Shown here in pieces: positions 26,583 through 40,600 of a DNA stretch of 64,000 nt (position 1 is its first letter; each line of letters begins with the position of its first letter). The notes below the pieces were generated by a model. That model had not been told where the DNA came from. It did no database searches and saw nothing but the letters and a program-made list of their open reading frames with translations. A program made the translations under genes and the position numbers. This DNA comes from Phoronis australis (Eukaryota; Animalia; Phoronida). Location: the NCBI GenBank assembly GCA_002633005.1, contig NMRA01000762.1, forward strand, positions 1 to 64,000, read 5' to 3'.

Positions 26583-27730
26583 ACCTGTTTCTAAAGATGT
26601 TTCAATCATGCGAAAAGCTTGTACTTGGACAGCAGAGATGTGGACTAACATGTTCGCACCTTTTCCTCGTCTCCAGTCACCGTATCATTTTCTTGAGTGA
26701 CATGTTTTAGTCAGAGATTATCATCTTTTGCAAGTTTTCAACTGCAAATTACCTGTCGCAGACAGGGTCATAGGCAAAGTGCGGCGGCACTTATCATCTC
26801 ACCACGCATCCATCCCGACAGCAGGAGACTCAAACTTCCAATGTTGCCTGTTAGCTGTTGGTTTTTCAGTCGCCTCTGTATGCCCCTGGACCGTCTTGAG
26901 GCGTAGGTCACAAATAAGTTTTCAACTGTGCTTTAGTAAATCAACATTAAAGGTGCTAGAAACCTGCGTTCTGTCAAAGAAACAGAACTTTTGATTGAGA
27001 TCACTTATTGTGAAACTGGTCTAGACTTATTCTTTACTCAAAAGGGGAACTTCTGGGTTTGAAAAGAACTGACAGTTCGTTAATTACATGCTCAGTATAC
27101 AAAGTGATCCGCTGTGATAAGCTAAAGTACCGAGCTTGGTTTCCAGCAATAATGAACTTAAGTGTTCTTCCAAACCCTGAAATCACTGCTACCATTATTT
27201 GAGTAATGTTCAAGTCGAGACCAATTTTATATAACGGTAAGATGTCTATGTGAAAAGTTAGGTTTCCGAGAAAATGCGGATTTGTAGCAGCTTTAAAATT
27301 TCCAGTGGTTTTAGCGACATTGGTATGTGGAAAATACTGAAAAGTCAGTGGAAAATACTGAAAAAGTCAATATTTTCCTGGTCATGTGTATCTGGCCATG
27401 AACCCTCTGCCTACACAATCCTGCTTTTGATATGCATTAACCAATCCCGATTCAACTAGTTTGAGCCATGTGTTCTACCAAGAGCATTTTAGTACCACAA
27501 TCGTTTTCTTCTGGTGGAGATTATATGTTACTGTTCATTTTGTCACCAGTCGAGTTGTTTTATAGGACACTTGTTGTGCAATTGTCATATTTTTGCCAAT
27601 GACAGTTAGTTGTTTATCTGTTTGAATTAATCTGTAGGTTCTTCCTCAATAAGCTTCGAGTGTTTCATTAGAGATAGCCAAATGTTAATGTGAATTATCA
27701 AAATAAAAACAACTTTTCTAATTAATTCTC

Positions 27731-27742
27731 AATAAATTTATT
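27731..27742. terminator. Palindromic double poly(A) signal AATAAATTTATT between convergent INSC and CAT
   Basis: The 12-mer is its own reverse complement and gives AATAAA on both strands; it lies between the two stop codons (25995 and 28632). Usage is inferred. Confidence 0.45.
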
Positions 27743-28631
27743 TCACGTATTAATAATTAACACGGATTCAAAACAATCTCAGAAGCATTTCAATGCAATA
27801 TTTATAAAGCCACATGTACCGATGTTTTACTACACATTCCACTTGAATGTGTGCTTGCACAATACGCCAATGTAATCACTCCTTCAGCACGTGGGCAGAT
27901 TGGACTGATTTCAGACAGTCGTAAAACTGTAAGCTGCATTATTTGAGCAAAAAAACAATAGTTACCACTGATGACATTTGACGAGATCTTTTTACAATTA
28001 TTTAAAGCCATACTGATGCAGTAATTTAACACAAGGTGGCAGCACATGGTGAAGCCACACCACAGTGGAAATTGATGCACTAATTAAACATGGAATGAGA
28101 CAAACGAGTTCCCATGTTACCGGAGTTCCCACCACCAGAAGTTGACATCATCCCATGGAAATAGACGAGATGGGTCCGAGGATCCAAGAACTAGGTAAGT
28201 ACAGCCCAGCAGACCATGTTCACGTAGTGATGTTACTAATTTAACACACGGTGAAAGTATACGTTAAAGCCACACTGATGCGCTAATTTAACACATGGTA
28301 CAATAACTTTCGCCTAAGTTGGTTTTTCGCTGACCTCGGATGAAGTTCTGAAGCACAGTTGTTTCAGTTCATTGATTCATACCCTCGAATAAGTCGAATT
28401 TCATCTTGCTCGGACAAATCTTTAGGTCCAGTTGGATCCCAATTCAGTTAGTAATCGTAATACTGTAAAACCTCTTCCAACATCGACACAAATAGTAATT
28501 TTAACTTTTAAGTAAGCTCGTTCCCAATCATCCAAAGAGTAAACAATTGTCAAAGTAAACTGCAATAATGCCTACAGCAAGTTACATGTAAACAACATGG
28601 CTGCCTCAATGATCAATGACCTCTCCCATCA

Positions 28632-31600
28632 TTACAACTTGGTGAAATTAGCTGCAGGTTGTGCCTGAAAACATCCAATGAGCAAGACATTAGAAAACTT
28701 AATGAGGACAAAGATTATTTTGTCGTTATGTTAAACAACGGCGATAAAAACACCCAAAGCTAAAAAGCTTATTCTGTCCTTTATCTACAACTGTTTTGAG
28801 ACCTTTACCACGACAATTTATGATTTGGGGCAAAAAATGGTGGTGGTATTTCCCCATAATTCATCTTGATGAACTTTCTTTCATATATGTTAAATTTACT
28901 TTTTGTATCATGGGTCTACCAATGAAAACATTAACTAAGGATATCTGGCTTCTTCTTAATCTAATATGCACCTCTGGCTTTGATGCAATTAAACTTTACT
29001 CGAGACTATTGGCAAAATTAACCAATAACTTTCAAATTTCACGCGATGTGATAGGTCAATTTTCCATCTGGTCTACTATCAAATTCAACAGAGTCAAGGC
29101 CCAGAACACCATCTTACCCGATTGTCCTTCAGTTTTTGCACTTCCTGTTGCAGCCGTCGGCCATAGTCAGGATGGCATTCACTGAAGTTGCGTATGGCGC
29201 GCTGTTGGATGAACTCTTGGGCCCCCACCAGTGACTTGGCCATGTTCTGTACCAAGTGGGTTCTGTCCGTCTCATTCAGCACCTGACCATGATATCAACT
29301 ACATATTACACACTGACAGTTCTTAGCATGATAATTCTTAAATTCTGACTGCTTTAACTGGTGATAGAACACTGTTATTTGCCCACAAATTTGTTTATTT
29401 CTTCAAACTCAAAGTGACGCAAGACCCGATGAGAGCCTAGATGCAGTGCTCAGTTAGCAGAAAAGTAAATAAATGAACCCTGATGTTAGCTATCATAAAA
29501 CAACAGATTTGCTAGTATACATTAAGAAACTTGCAAACTAAAACCTGGAAATTGAATGTCGTTAAGAAGTGATATAGTTACCTTACTCCAGAAGATGCCC
29601 ACTTGGGTGGTGTTATCGTCATCATGGGTGTTGTAGCGTGCAACGTCACCAGATACTTTGTCACAATGCTCCAGGTGACGAACCTCGTCTACGGGGCCAG
29701 AGAAACTGTTGGGGTAGTAGTTAGGGGCATCACCTGGTGGAACAAGAAGGGAGTTGAGGCGATTGAATAGTCCAGGTAATTTGAAGCTTACAAAAATTTT
29801 CATTTTCACTGTACTTTCACAGGTTCAACAACCACAGATGATTGACATTATCAAAATAAATATTGATTACACAGTATGCAAGAATATTTAATTACCATTC
29901 ATCAAGGTCAAAAACTAAGCGCAAAAAAATCTGACCGTTCTCTTCTTGATGCCATTTGAGCTTAACATCAATTATCGGAAATATTTCCCTTTAACAAATA
30001 TTTTAATAAAAAATCTTCTAGAACATTCCAGGAAACTAGATTTTACTTTTCCCAACAGTTGCAATGAAATCCTGCATTGTTATACCATAGCCCATCCATC
30101 TTCAAATGTGTCATATACTTTGGCTCTATCACATAATTCTACTCATATACAGCCATAAACTCGCCTTTCATCTCAAAAAACAACTTTTGGTTTAGACCAC
30201 TTGACATTATGAACTTGGTCTCAAAATTGAGCTTCATCAAGTTGGAGATGATTTCAGGAATTTGAAAGAAGAGGTCAGGCGCTAGAAGTCGACTTCTCAG
30301 CATGACATTTTATACAGCGGCCATGGTATCAATGAATAACAAACTGTCTCAATTGAGTTCTCATGTGAGTAAGGAACCAACTGCTATCAATTTTATGGCA
30401 GTCAAAATCAAAAGTTATCAGGTTTATAGCTGCCTTAAGTTCCAATCAAAAGTAGAGAGAAGCTAAACATATTGTAAGAAAATCAAACCCAAAAGTTTTA
30501 CTTAAGATACAAAACCGAAATCATTTGCAATTGACCTATCGGCAGGATTTTGAGTGATGGCTTACTGACCAATCAAAACGTAGCATTGTTGACATACCTT
30601 TGTTTCCAAGCCACCATTTTACCCGACAAACAACACGTTGACAAGAGAAACTTATTGTTTGTTTGTCGACATTTCGCAAGTGGGCGGAGCTTGCGATAGG
30701 TCAATTCATCAACAGGCTTGAAAACCCTTGAACATCCAACATTAGCTATACACAACACAGGTTATATACCTTGGTTATCTGTGCACGCTTGAGGCCCGTC
30801 CCGCTGGTAATTGGCCACTCGTGTGTTGTAGGGGCAGTTAACAGGAAGCTGGTGGTAGTTAGTGCCCAGCCTGTGACGGTGGGTATCCGTGTACGAGAAC
30901 AGACGACCCTTCAACAGATACACAGGGATGAAGAGAGGTCAAACAGCAAACTGGGATCATAGAACAAGTGAAACAAACTGTAAAAGCAATAGTTGGTGAA
31001 TGACCACTTGCTGAATTTACACAAATTAAAGAAACAAGATAAACATGAACTTGAGAAAAAATCTTCATTAGGAACCTGATAGTTTACTGAGATGTGAATC
31101 AACCCATAATTATCTACTTCTTCTGGTAGTTTTCTAGTGAAAGCTACTAGTATTTCTGATAATTTGTCATCACATCACCAATTTTACTGAATAAGTCAAT
31201 ACCTACAATTCAAACAACATAAAACACTCTTCTTAAGTAGTGCATAGTTGAAGCAGGGCTTGGAATGACCAATGAGAAAAAACGCAGAAACTTTTACGGC
31301 CCAAATCATGCGCGCACCCAGCCTCGAAATGGTCGAGGTGAACCTTTCCCTGACTTTTTATCGGGAGGACTAAAAAAAAAAAAACCTTACCACCATCAGT
31401 AGCATGCGTCTGCGTCCTTTTAGCTCGTCCGTCCACTCCCAACCCACACATTTTTGGCTGCAGAGCCGTAGTATTTGTCGCCGCGGTTTACAATAACACG
31501 AGACGCCATTGAAAATCCCACCATGCTATCCCAGATGTCCCGGCAATGTTGACAATTTACGTTCCTCCGAAACATAAAGAGCAACTTCCGCTTTTCGAGG

Positions 31601-34600
31601 TGAACGTCGTCTGCAACGCCGTGGTAAGAAAGGACTTTGCCGCGGAAATTTTATATCAAATCCGATTTTTTTACGCGGAAATATAATAAAATACGCGGAC
31701 AGAACATTTGAAAAAAGCGGAAATCCGCGTTTCTGCGGAAAATTCCAAGCCCTGCTTAAGTCACGGTGGGTTATAGTCATTCTATGTTTTGCAAGCCACT
31801 TTGTTACAAAAACTACCTTGGGTACATTTTTATATTTGAAACAAAAACAAATTTTCTTAAAATTATACCGATGAGTTGGCACAGGTTTCAAAACAAGTCA
31901 AGCACAGACTAGAATCAGTTAATAATACGTTATTTTCTTTGGCCTTATCTCCACTGTTGGCAGACAATCAGACCAGAACCAATTTCTTTTGAACACACAA
32001 ACAGGCTTCAAGGAATAAAGAAAAACAAAAAACCCATACAACTGAGAGAGCAGCAACAGCTTAAAATTGATAAAAAATCCCAAAGCTAAAAATTAAAAAC
32101 TGCGATATAAGAACCTGTTGAACTTGGATAAACAGCCAACCAACACTTCCTGCTTTTATTTCCACCTCGCCACATACATCTGCTGCCACGTACATCTACT
32201 GCCACGCACATCCAATGAAGCCTTATAATCAAAAGGAGGGTAACTTATGGCGCTTACCTGAAGCATCTTGTCGGGGCTGGCCTCGACACCAGGTATGAAG
32301 TGGGCGGGACAGAAGGCAGCCTGCTCCACCTCCGCGAAGTAGTTGGAAGGGTTCTTGTTCAACACCATTCTGCCGACAGGGATCAACGGGAACTCACCAT
32401 GAGGCCAAACCTGACAAGAGACAGTAAAGGGAATTAACGGGCCACTATGCGTGCATATCCTGGGTGCTACTGTGTACTGACAGGTGTGTATTACAACAGT
32501 GAGTCTTGATTTACTTTGACTTTGCCACAAGAGATAATTATCACTCTGCTACAAGGGCAGTTAAAGCGGCACTCCATGCTGTTCAGCTGTCACCATANNN
32601 NNNNNNNNNNNNNNNNNNNNNNNNNNNNNNNNNNNNNNNNNNNNNNNNNNNNNNNNNNNNNNNNNNNNNNNNNNNNNNNNNNNNNNNNNNNNNNNNNNNN
32701 NNNNNNNNNNNNNNNNNNNNNNNNNNNNNNNNNNNNNNNNNNNNNNNNNNNNNNNNNNNNNNNNNNNNNNNNNNNNNNNNNNNNNNNNNNNNNNNNNNNN
32801 NNNNNNNNNNNNNNNNNNNNNNNNNNNNNNNNNNNNNNNNNNNNNNNNNNNNNNNNNNNNNNNNNNNNNNNNNNNNNNNNNNNNNNNNNNNNNNNNNNNN
32901 NNNNNNNNNNNNNNNNNNNNNNNNNNNNNNNNNNNNNNNNNNNNNNNNNNNNNNNNNNNNNNNNNNNNNNNNNNNNNNNNNNNNNNNNNNNNNNNNNNNN
33001 NNNNNNNNNNNNNNNNNNNNNNNNNNNNNNNNNNNNNNNNNNNNNNNNNNNNNNNNNNNNNNNNNNNNNNNNNNNNNNNNNNNNNNNNNNNNNNNNNNNN
33101 NNNNNNNNNNNNNNNNNNNNNNNNNNNNNNNNNNNNNNNNNNNNNNNNNNNNNNNNNNNNNNNNNNNNNNNNNNNNNNNNNNNNNNNNNNNNNNNNNNNN
33201 NNNNNNNNNNNNNNNNNNNNNNNNNNNNNNNNNNNNNNNNNNNNNNNNNNNNNNNNNNNNNNNNNNNNNNNNNNNNNNNNNNNNNNNNNNNNNNNNNNNN
33301 NNNNNNNNNNNNNNNNNNNNNNNNNNNNNNNNNNNNNNNNNNNNNNNNNNNNNNNNNNNNNNNNNNNNNNNNNNNNNNNNNNNNNNNNNNNNNNNNNNNN
33401 NNNNNNNNNNNNNNNNNNNNNNNNNNNNNNNNNNNNNNNNNNNNNNNNNNNNNNNNNNNNNNNNNNNNNNNNNNNNNNNNNNNNNNNNNNNNNNNNNNNN
33501 NNNNNNNNNNNNNNNNNNNNNNNNNNNNNNNNNNNNNNNNNNNNNNNNNNNNNNNNNNNNNNNNNNCCCCCCCCCCTCCCACACGGATTTTACTGGAACA
33601 GCCCTAATTCATTTTGATGAACTTTCTTTCATATATGTTAAATTTACTTTTTGTATCATGGGTCTACCAATGAAAACATTAACTAAGGATATCTGGCTTC
33701 TTAATCTAATATGCACCTCTGGCTTTGATGCAATTAAACTTTACTCGAGACTATTGGCAAAATTAACCAATAACTTTCAAATTTCACGCCATGTGATAGG
33801 TCAATTTTCCATCTGGTCTACTATCAAATTCAACAGAGTCAAGGCCCAGAACACCATCTTACCCGATTGTCCTTCAGTTTTTGCACTTCCTGTTGCAGCC
33901 GTCGGCCATAGTCAGGATGACATTCACTGAAGTTGCGTATGGCGCGCTGTTGGATGAACTCTTGGGCCCCCACCAGTGACTTGGCCATGTTCTGTACCAA
34001 GTGGGTTCTGTCCGTCTCATTCAGCACCTGACCATGATATCAACTACATATTACACACTGACAATTCTTAGCATGATAATTCTTAAATTCTGACTGCTTT
34101 AACTGGTGATAGAACACTGTTATTTGCTCACAAATATGTTTATTTCTTCAAACTTAATGTGACGCAAAACCCGATGAGAGCCTAGATGCAGTGCTCAGTT
34201 AGCAGAAAAGTAAATAAATGAACCCTGATGTTAGCTATCATAAAACAACAGATTTGATAGTATACATTAAGAAACTTGCAAACTAAAACCTGGAAATTGA
34301 ATTTCGTTAAGAAGTGATATAGTTACCTTACTCCAGAAGATGCCCACTTGGGTGGTGTTATCGTCATCATGGGTGTTGTAGCGTGCAACGTCACCAGATA
34401 CTTTGTCACGATGCTCCAGGTGACGAACCTCGTCTACGGGGCCTGAGAAACTGTTGGGGTAGTAGTTAGGGGCATCACCTGGTGGAACAGGAAGGGAGTT
34501 GAAGCGATTGAATAGTCCAGGTAATTTGAAGCTTACAGAAATTTTCATTTTCACTGTACTTTCACAGGTTCAACAACTACAACCACAGATGATTGACACT

Positions 34601-37600
34601 ATCAAAATAAATATTGATTACACAGTATGCAAGAATACTTAATTACCATTCATCAAGGTAAAAAACTAAGCGCAAAAAATCTGACCGTTCTGTTCTTGAT
34701 GCCATTTGAGCTTAACATCAATCATCGGAAATTTTTCCCATTAACAAATATTTTTAATAAGAAAATCTTCAAGAACATTCTAGGAAACTAGATTTATACT
34801 TTTCCCAACAGTTACAATGAAATCATGCATTGTTATACCGTAGCCCATCCATCTTTAAATGTGTCGTATACTTTGGCTCTATCACGTAGTTCTAGTCATA
34901 TACAGCCATAAACTCGCCTTCCATCACAAAAAAAACTTTTGGTTTAGACCACTTGAGCTTCATCAAGTTGGAGATGATTTCAGGACTTTGAAAGAAGAGG
35001 TCGGGCTCTAGAAGTGGACTTCTCAGCATGACATTTGATGCAGCGGCCATGGTATCAATGAATAACAAACTGTCAGTTTTTTCAATTGAGTTCTCATGTG
35101 AGTAAGGAACCACCTGACATCAATTTTATGGCAGCCAAAATCAAAAGTTCGCAGGTTTATAAATGCCTTAAGTTCCAATCAAAAGTAGAAAGAAGCTAAA
35201 CATATTGTTAGAAAATCAAACCCAAAAGTTGATTGCAATTGACCTATCGGCAGGATTTTGAGTGATGGCTTAACTGACCAATCAGAACGTAGCATTGTTG
35301 ACACACCTTTGTTTCTAAGCCACCATTTTACCCAACAAACATCACGTTGACAAGAGAAACTTGTTTGTCGACATTTCGCGAGGGGGAGGAGCTTCTGATA
35401 GGTCAATTCATCAACAGGCTTAAAAACCTTGAACATCTAACATTAGCTATACACAACACAGGTTATATACCTTGGTTATCTGTGCACGCTTGAGGCCCGT
35501 CCCGCTGGTAATTGGCCACTCGTGTGTTGTAGGGGCAGTTAACAGGAAGCTGGTGGTAGTTAGTGCCCAGCCTGTGACGGTGGGTATCCGTGTACGAGAA
35601 CAGACGACCCTTCAACAGATACACAGGGATTAGGAGAGGTCAAACAGCAAACTGGGATCACAGAACAAGTGAAACAAACTGTAAAAGCAACAGTTGGTGA
35701 ATGACCACTTCCTGAATTTATACAAATTAAAGAAACAAGATAAACATAAACTTGAGAAAAAAATTCATTAGGAACCAGATAGTTTACTGAGATGTGAATC
35801 AACCCATAGTTATCTACTTCTTTTGATTGTTTTCTAGTGAAAGCTACTAGTATTTCTGATAATTTGTCATCACATCACCAATTTTACTGAATAAGTCTAT
35901 ACTTACAATTCAAACAATATAAGACACTCTTCTTAAGTAGTGCATAGTTTAAGTCACGGTGGGTTATGGTCATTCTATGTTTTCCAAGCTACTTTGTTAC
36001 AAAAACTACCTTGGGTACATTTGTATACATGAAACAAAAACAAATTTTCTTAAAATTATACCGATGGGTTGGCACCGGTTTCAAAACAAGTCAGGCACAG
36101 ACTAGAATCGGTTAATAATACGTTATTTTCTTTGGCCTTATCTCCACTGTTGGCAGACAATCAGACCAGAAACAATTACTTTTGAACACACAAACAGGCT
36201 TCAAGGAATAAAGAAAAACAAAAAACCCATACAACAGAGTGAGCAGCGACAGCTTAAAATTGATAAAAAATCCCAAAGCTAAAAATTAAAAACTGCGATA
36301 TAAGAACCTGTAGAACTTGGATAAACAGCCAACCAACACTTCCTGCTTTTATTTCCACCTCGCCACGTACATCTACTGCCATGTACATCCAATAAAGCCT
36401 TGTAATCAAAAGGAAGGTAACTTATGGCGCTTACCTGAAGCATCTTGTCGGGGCTGGCCTCGACACCTGGTATGAAGTGGGCGGGACAGAAGGCAGCCTG
36501 CTCCACCTCCGCGAAGTAGTTGGAAGGGTTCTTGTTCAACACCATTCTGCCGACAGGGATCAACGGGAACTCACCATGAGGCCAAACCTGACAAGAGACA
36601 GTAAAGGGAATTAACGGGAGACTATGCGTGCATATCCTGGGTGCTACTGTGTACTGACAGGTGTGTATTACAAAAGTGAGTCTTGATTTACTTTGACTTT
36701 GCCACAAGAGATAATTATCACTCTGCTACAAGGGCAGTTAAAGCGGCACTCCATGCTGTTCAGCTGTCACCATAAATTTGACATATTTGAAGGTCTTAAA
36801 AAAAAGAATCAACACAGCTAATCTGCGATGTACTCGACATGCAATTTGGTCATTTTTGAGTCACAATACTGACCTATTTTTAATGGAATTCCTTGCGTGT
36901 CATTTTCAAGTTTCGGAGTTGGCCAAACCCAATAAATTTGATGATTTTGTGACGTGTTTCTTGACCTGTTAAGGGTTTGCATTATGGTTTTCTTGGTAAC
37001 AAAATACAAGTTCTATCATGGTATGGAGAGAGTAAAAGGCCTACTTCAAGTTTCGATTTTAGCCAGCTGAACAGGGCAAAATGGAGTTAATGCTATATGC
37101 ATTTTCCATAACTGTATTATATCCAGGACAGACCTTAACATGCAATATTACTAGTATTTCTGGCACGTTAGACAATCTCAGAATTGTTTTTGCCAAAGTT
37201 TGCTTGTAGGTAGGACTTCTGGCATGTCTGACATGTTACGGCACCTAAAACTTGTTTTCATCATAGTTTGAAGATGCAGATTCTCGAGCCTCTGAAAACA
37301 TGCACAGCTTCCATTTGAAATTGCTCGACCAGCTGCCTGAATGTCATTAAAAAGACTATATGTCAACGTTATGACAATCATATCAAAAGACTACGTATGT
37401 GACAAGACAAATGATAATGTGAGGATTCGCCTATCATTGATAAATACACAAAAGGTATAGTATTTCACTATGGATAAGAAACAAATGGTAGGAATTATTC
37501 AAAAGTAACAACACTTTCATTTGTAAACTAAGTGACCCCAATCACTAATTCACCTTCGTCAAGTCAAACGGATTAAACCTCCATTTCTCCGCCTCTTCAA

Positions 37601-40600
37601 AGGTCATGACCTGAATGTAGAAAGTCCAGGAAGGGAAGTTGTTGGAGGCGATCGCATTATACAAGTCACGTGTGGCGTAGTCAGGATCAGATCCGCTCAA
37701 GTCACCTGCCTCCTCGTCCACTAAATTCTTGATACCTTGGTCTGTCTAAAATAGGTCAAATAGACATGAATATCAGTCTTGAGTTACCCTTAACGTCACC
37801 TATATGATGTAACATAGTAACTCAACATAACAATACAATTTGCAGTGCTGCTTAATAAAGTTGTCAGAATAGGATTGCATGTCAAGACATGATGGACGTT
37901 CGTAAACAAACAAGTAAAAGCTGTGAGATAGTTACTTTAAAGTGGAATTTGCAGTAGAACGCTTCATTCTTGGCATTAACCAACTTGTAAGTGTGGCTTC
38001 CGTAGCCATTCATGTGGCGATACCCATCAGGCGTGCCTCGGTCAGAGAACAGGAAGGACACCTGGTGGTTGGACTCAGGCCGTAAAGACAAAAAGTCCCA
38101 GAACATGTCGGCATCTTTCAGGTTAGTGACAGGGTTTCTCTTCTGAGTGTGAATGAAACTGGGGAACTGAAAGTAAACAAGTGACTCTGTGATCATGACT
38201 TNNNNNNNNNNNNNNNNNNNNNNNNNNNNNNNNNNNNNNNNNNNNNNNNNNNNNNNNNNNNNNNNNNNNNNNNNNNNNNNNNNNNNNNNNNNNNNNNNNN
38301 NNNNNNNNNNNNNGCGCATGAACAAGATTAAGAACAACAGAACTCAGATCCTACCAAGATAGGGTCTCTGATGAAAAAGATGGGTGTATTGTTTCCAACG
38401 AGGTCCCAGTTACCGTCCTCCGTGTAAAATTTGATGGCAAACCCGCGTGGATCTCTGGCTGTGTCCGCTGAACCTTTCTCACCACCTGTAGAGACACAGC
38501 AACATACGTATTTGCACTAACCACACACAATTGAAACAATTATGCAAAAATATCAGTCTAGTCGTTTGATCAACTTGCTAGAGATATTTCTCCTACATTG
38601 TGAAAAAGAATGATAATTTCTACTGAGAAATTGAGAGTGTCAGCTAGAATTTCTGATTAAGCCGCTGATAGATTTTAACAATCTCTTCGGGTCATCTTCA
38701 CAATTAAGTCACTTACCGACAGTTGAGAAACGTATCACCAGAGGCGTTCTTTTCCCCACGTGTTGGAACAAGACAGCCTTAGAGTACTTTGTGATATCAT
38801 GCGTGACCTCTAAGTAACCAAAGGCACCTGGTGGAATGTGAAATTAGCAATTTTATGAACTGATAACAAAAACGTGAGTCGCATTAGCATTTTAATGCTC
38901 TAAACAAATTTGATATTTCAAATAAGATCACAAACTTGCCTTTGATCTTGTCTTGTGTCAGAACAGTATGAAACCATTTAGATAAAGTTTAACTAAAATT
39001 CACTGAAACAACCATAAGAATGATTAATTAACTCATTTATCACAAAGTAAATAAACACTTAAAACTCATAAGACGATTCCATTTTTTACACACACATAAT
39101 ATCCTAGATACAATAAGGATTTTATTACAAAATAATGTCATGCAATAAGTACACATATCAAAGTGGGCAAAAAAGCCTATGTTGCCGTGAGTCCTTTAAT
39201 CAAAAATGTCAAGTACTCATCAGTCAAGCAAACTAATCTCATCATAAAGATAACACTGAACCTACTTGACTGTAAATGATGTTGGACCGTCACAGACACT
39301 ATAAGCTATTTTAAATTCAATTTGAAAAGACATCAGAGGGGGCCCGAATTCCCCCTACTCAACATTTTGTGTTGCTGCAGTGAAAGACTAATGTGCCCCC
39401 TATGCCTGAATCTGGTGACAGACCCCTTGAGACCACATTTCTGCATCCACTTTGGCGGTGCATATCACCGATTCAGAAAAGAATAAATAACTCCCCTCTT
39501 TTTACAGACGTAGAAAAACTCATTGCGTGATTAAGAGATTTCAAAAGGTTATGTCATTAAAACACTTCTGAGCCAAGTTGGACACACACAGCCTCCATAT
39601 GCCAAGCCTCACTGTTTGTAAATGTTATTATGTCAATTGCAAGGAATTGAATAACAGCGCAGTATCAGTTAGACTAGTACCATTACAGATGCGCAGCATT
39701 ACGGGTAAATACGACAAATTTTGCTTATGTGGTTACATATGATATGAATCCCTATAATTTGAGAATCAGTCACTCCCACTGACTAACAGGCATTATTTAG
39801 TGGGAGTAAATGGTTCTCAAATCACTTTGATGTAAGGAACCCACCTCTGACCACCGCTTGTGTGATCGCATGTATTTCCCTTGATACATGGCGATATCTC
39901 ATAAAGTCTTGTGTGTGATCTTGCATTTTCATGAGTTTCTCGGATCTACGGAACGCAGGCCACATTTGATTTGTGGTATTTTGGGACATGGTTATTTGTG
40001 TAACTGATCAGACTACTGTCAAATACCTGCGCCTTTAGCATGCACCACGCGTTCTGGGATTCGTTCACGACCAAAGTGAGCCATTTCATCAGTATACACA
40101 AAGTCTGAGAGGAGCATAGGACCCCTTGGACCGGCTGTGAGCGAAGCATTCTTGTTTCCTATTGGCTGGCCCGTTGACGTCGTCATACGTCCAGCCTCCT
40201 GTAGAAAATCATGTTGTCACCTTTCATAGATTGCCACGTGATGGTCACAAAGGAATATATACTACTTCAGTTTAGCAACATTTTTGCATTGCCACACAAA
40301 CAGATTTACAAAGAAAATGTTCCGAATAATGAATCATGAATAAACTGTACCTTGAACTTTGGACCGTCCAGATCACACTGTGTTTTATAACAATCCAGGC
40401 AAACATGAATACAAGGCTCATACTTAACATTTCCTTTGGAGACAAAGACAAATCAGATGAAGAATTTAACCCTATCATCACAATGTGTGGTTTCATTTCA
40501 CGTAATGTGATATTGTTCAAATTCAACGACAGTCGATCAAAGTCATCTGTCATCTGTGTCCTCAAGTCAAAGATAACGACAGGCATCCTACCTAAGTAAG

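Noticed and set aside
28632-32597. A second independent catalase gene or pseudogene
   Set aside because: It has no 5' exons of its own, holds the only terminal exon and ends at a gap; better explained as the other haplotype of the same gene.
32506-33930. Long ORFs (330-474 aa) in the ORF track
   Set aside because: They run through the N-gap and are mostly X; artefacts.
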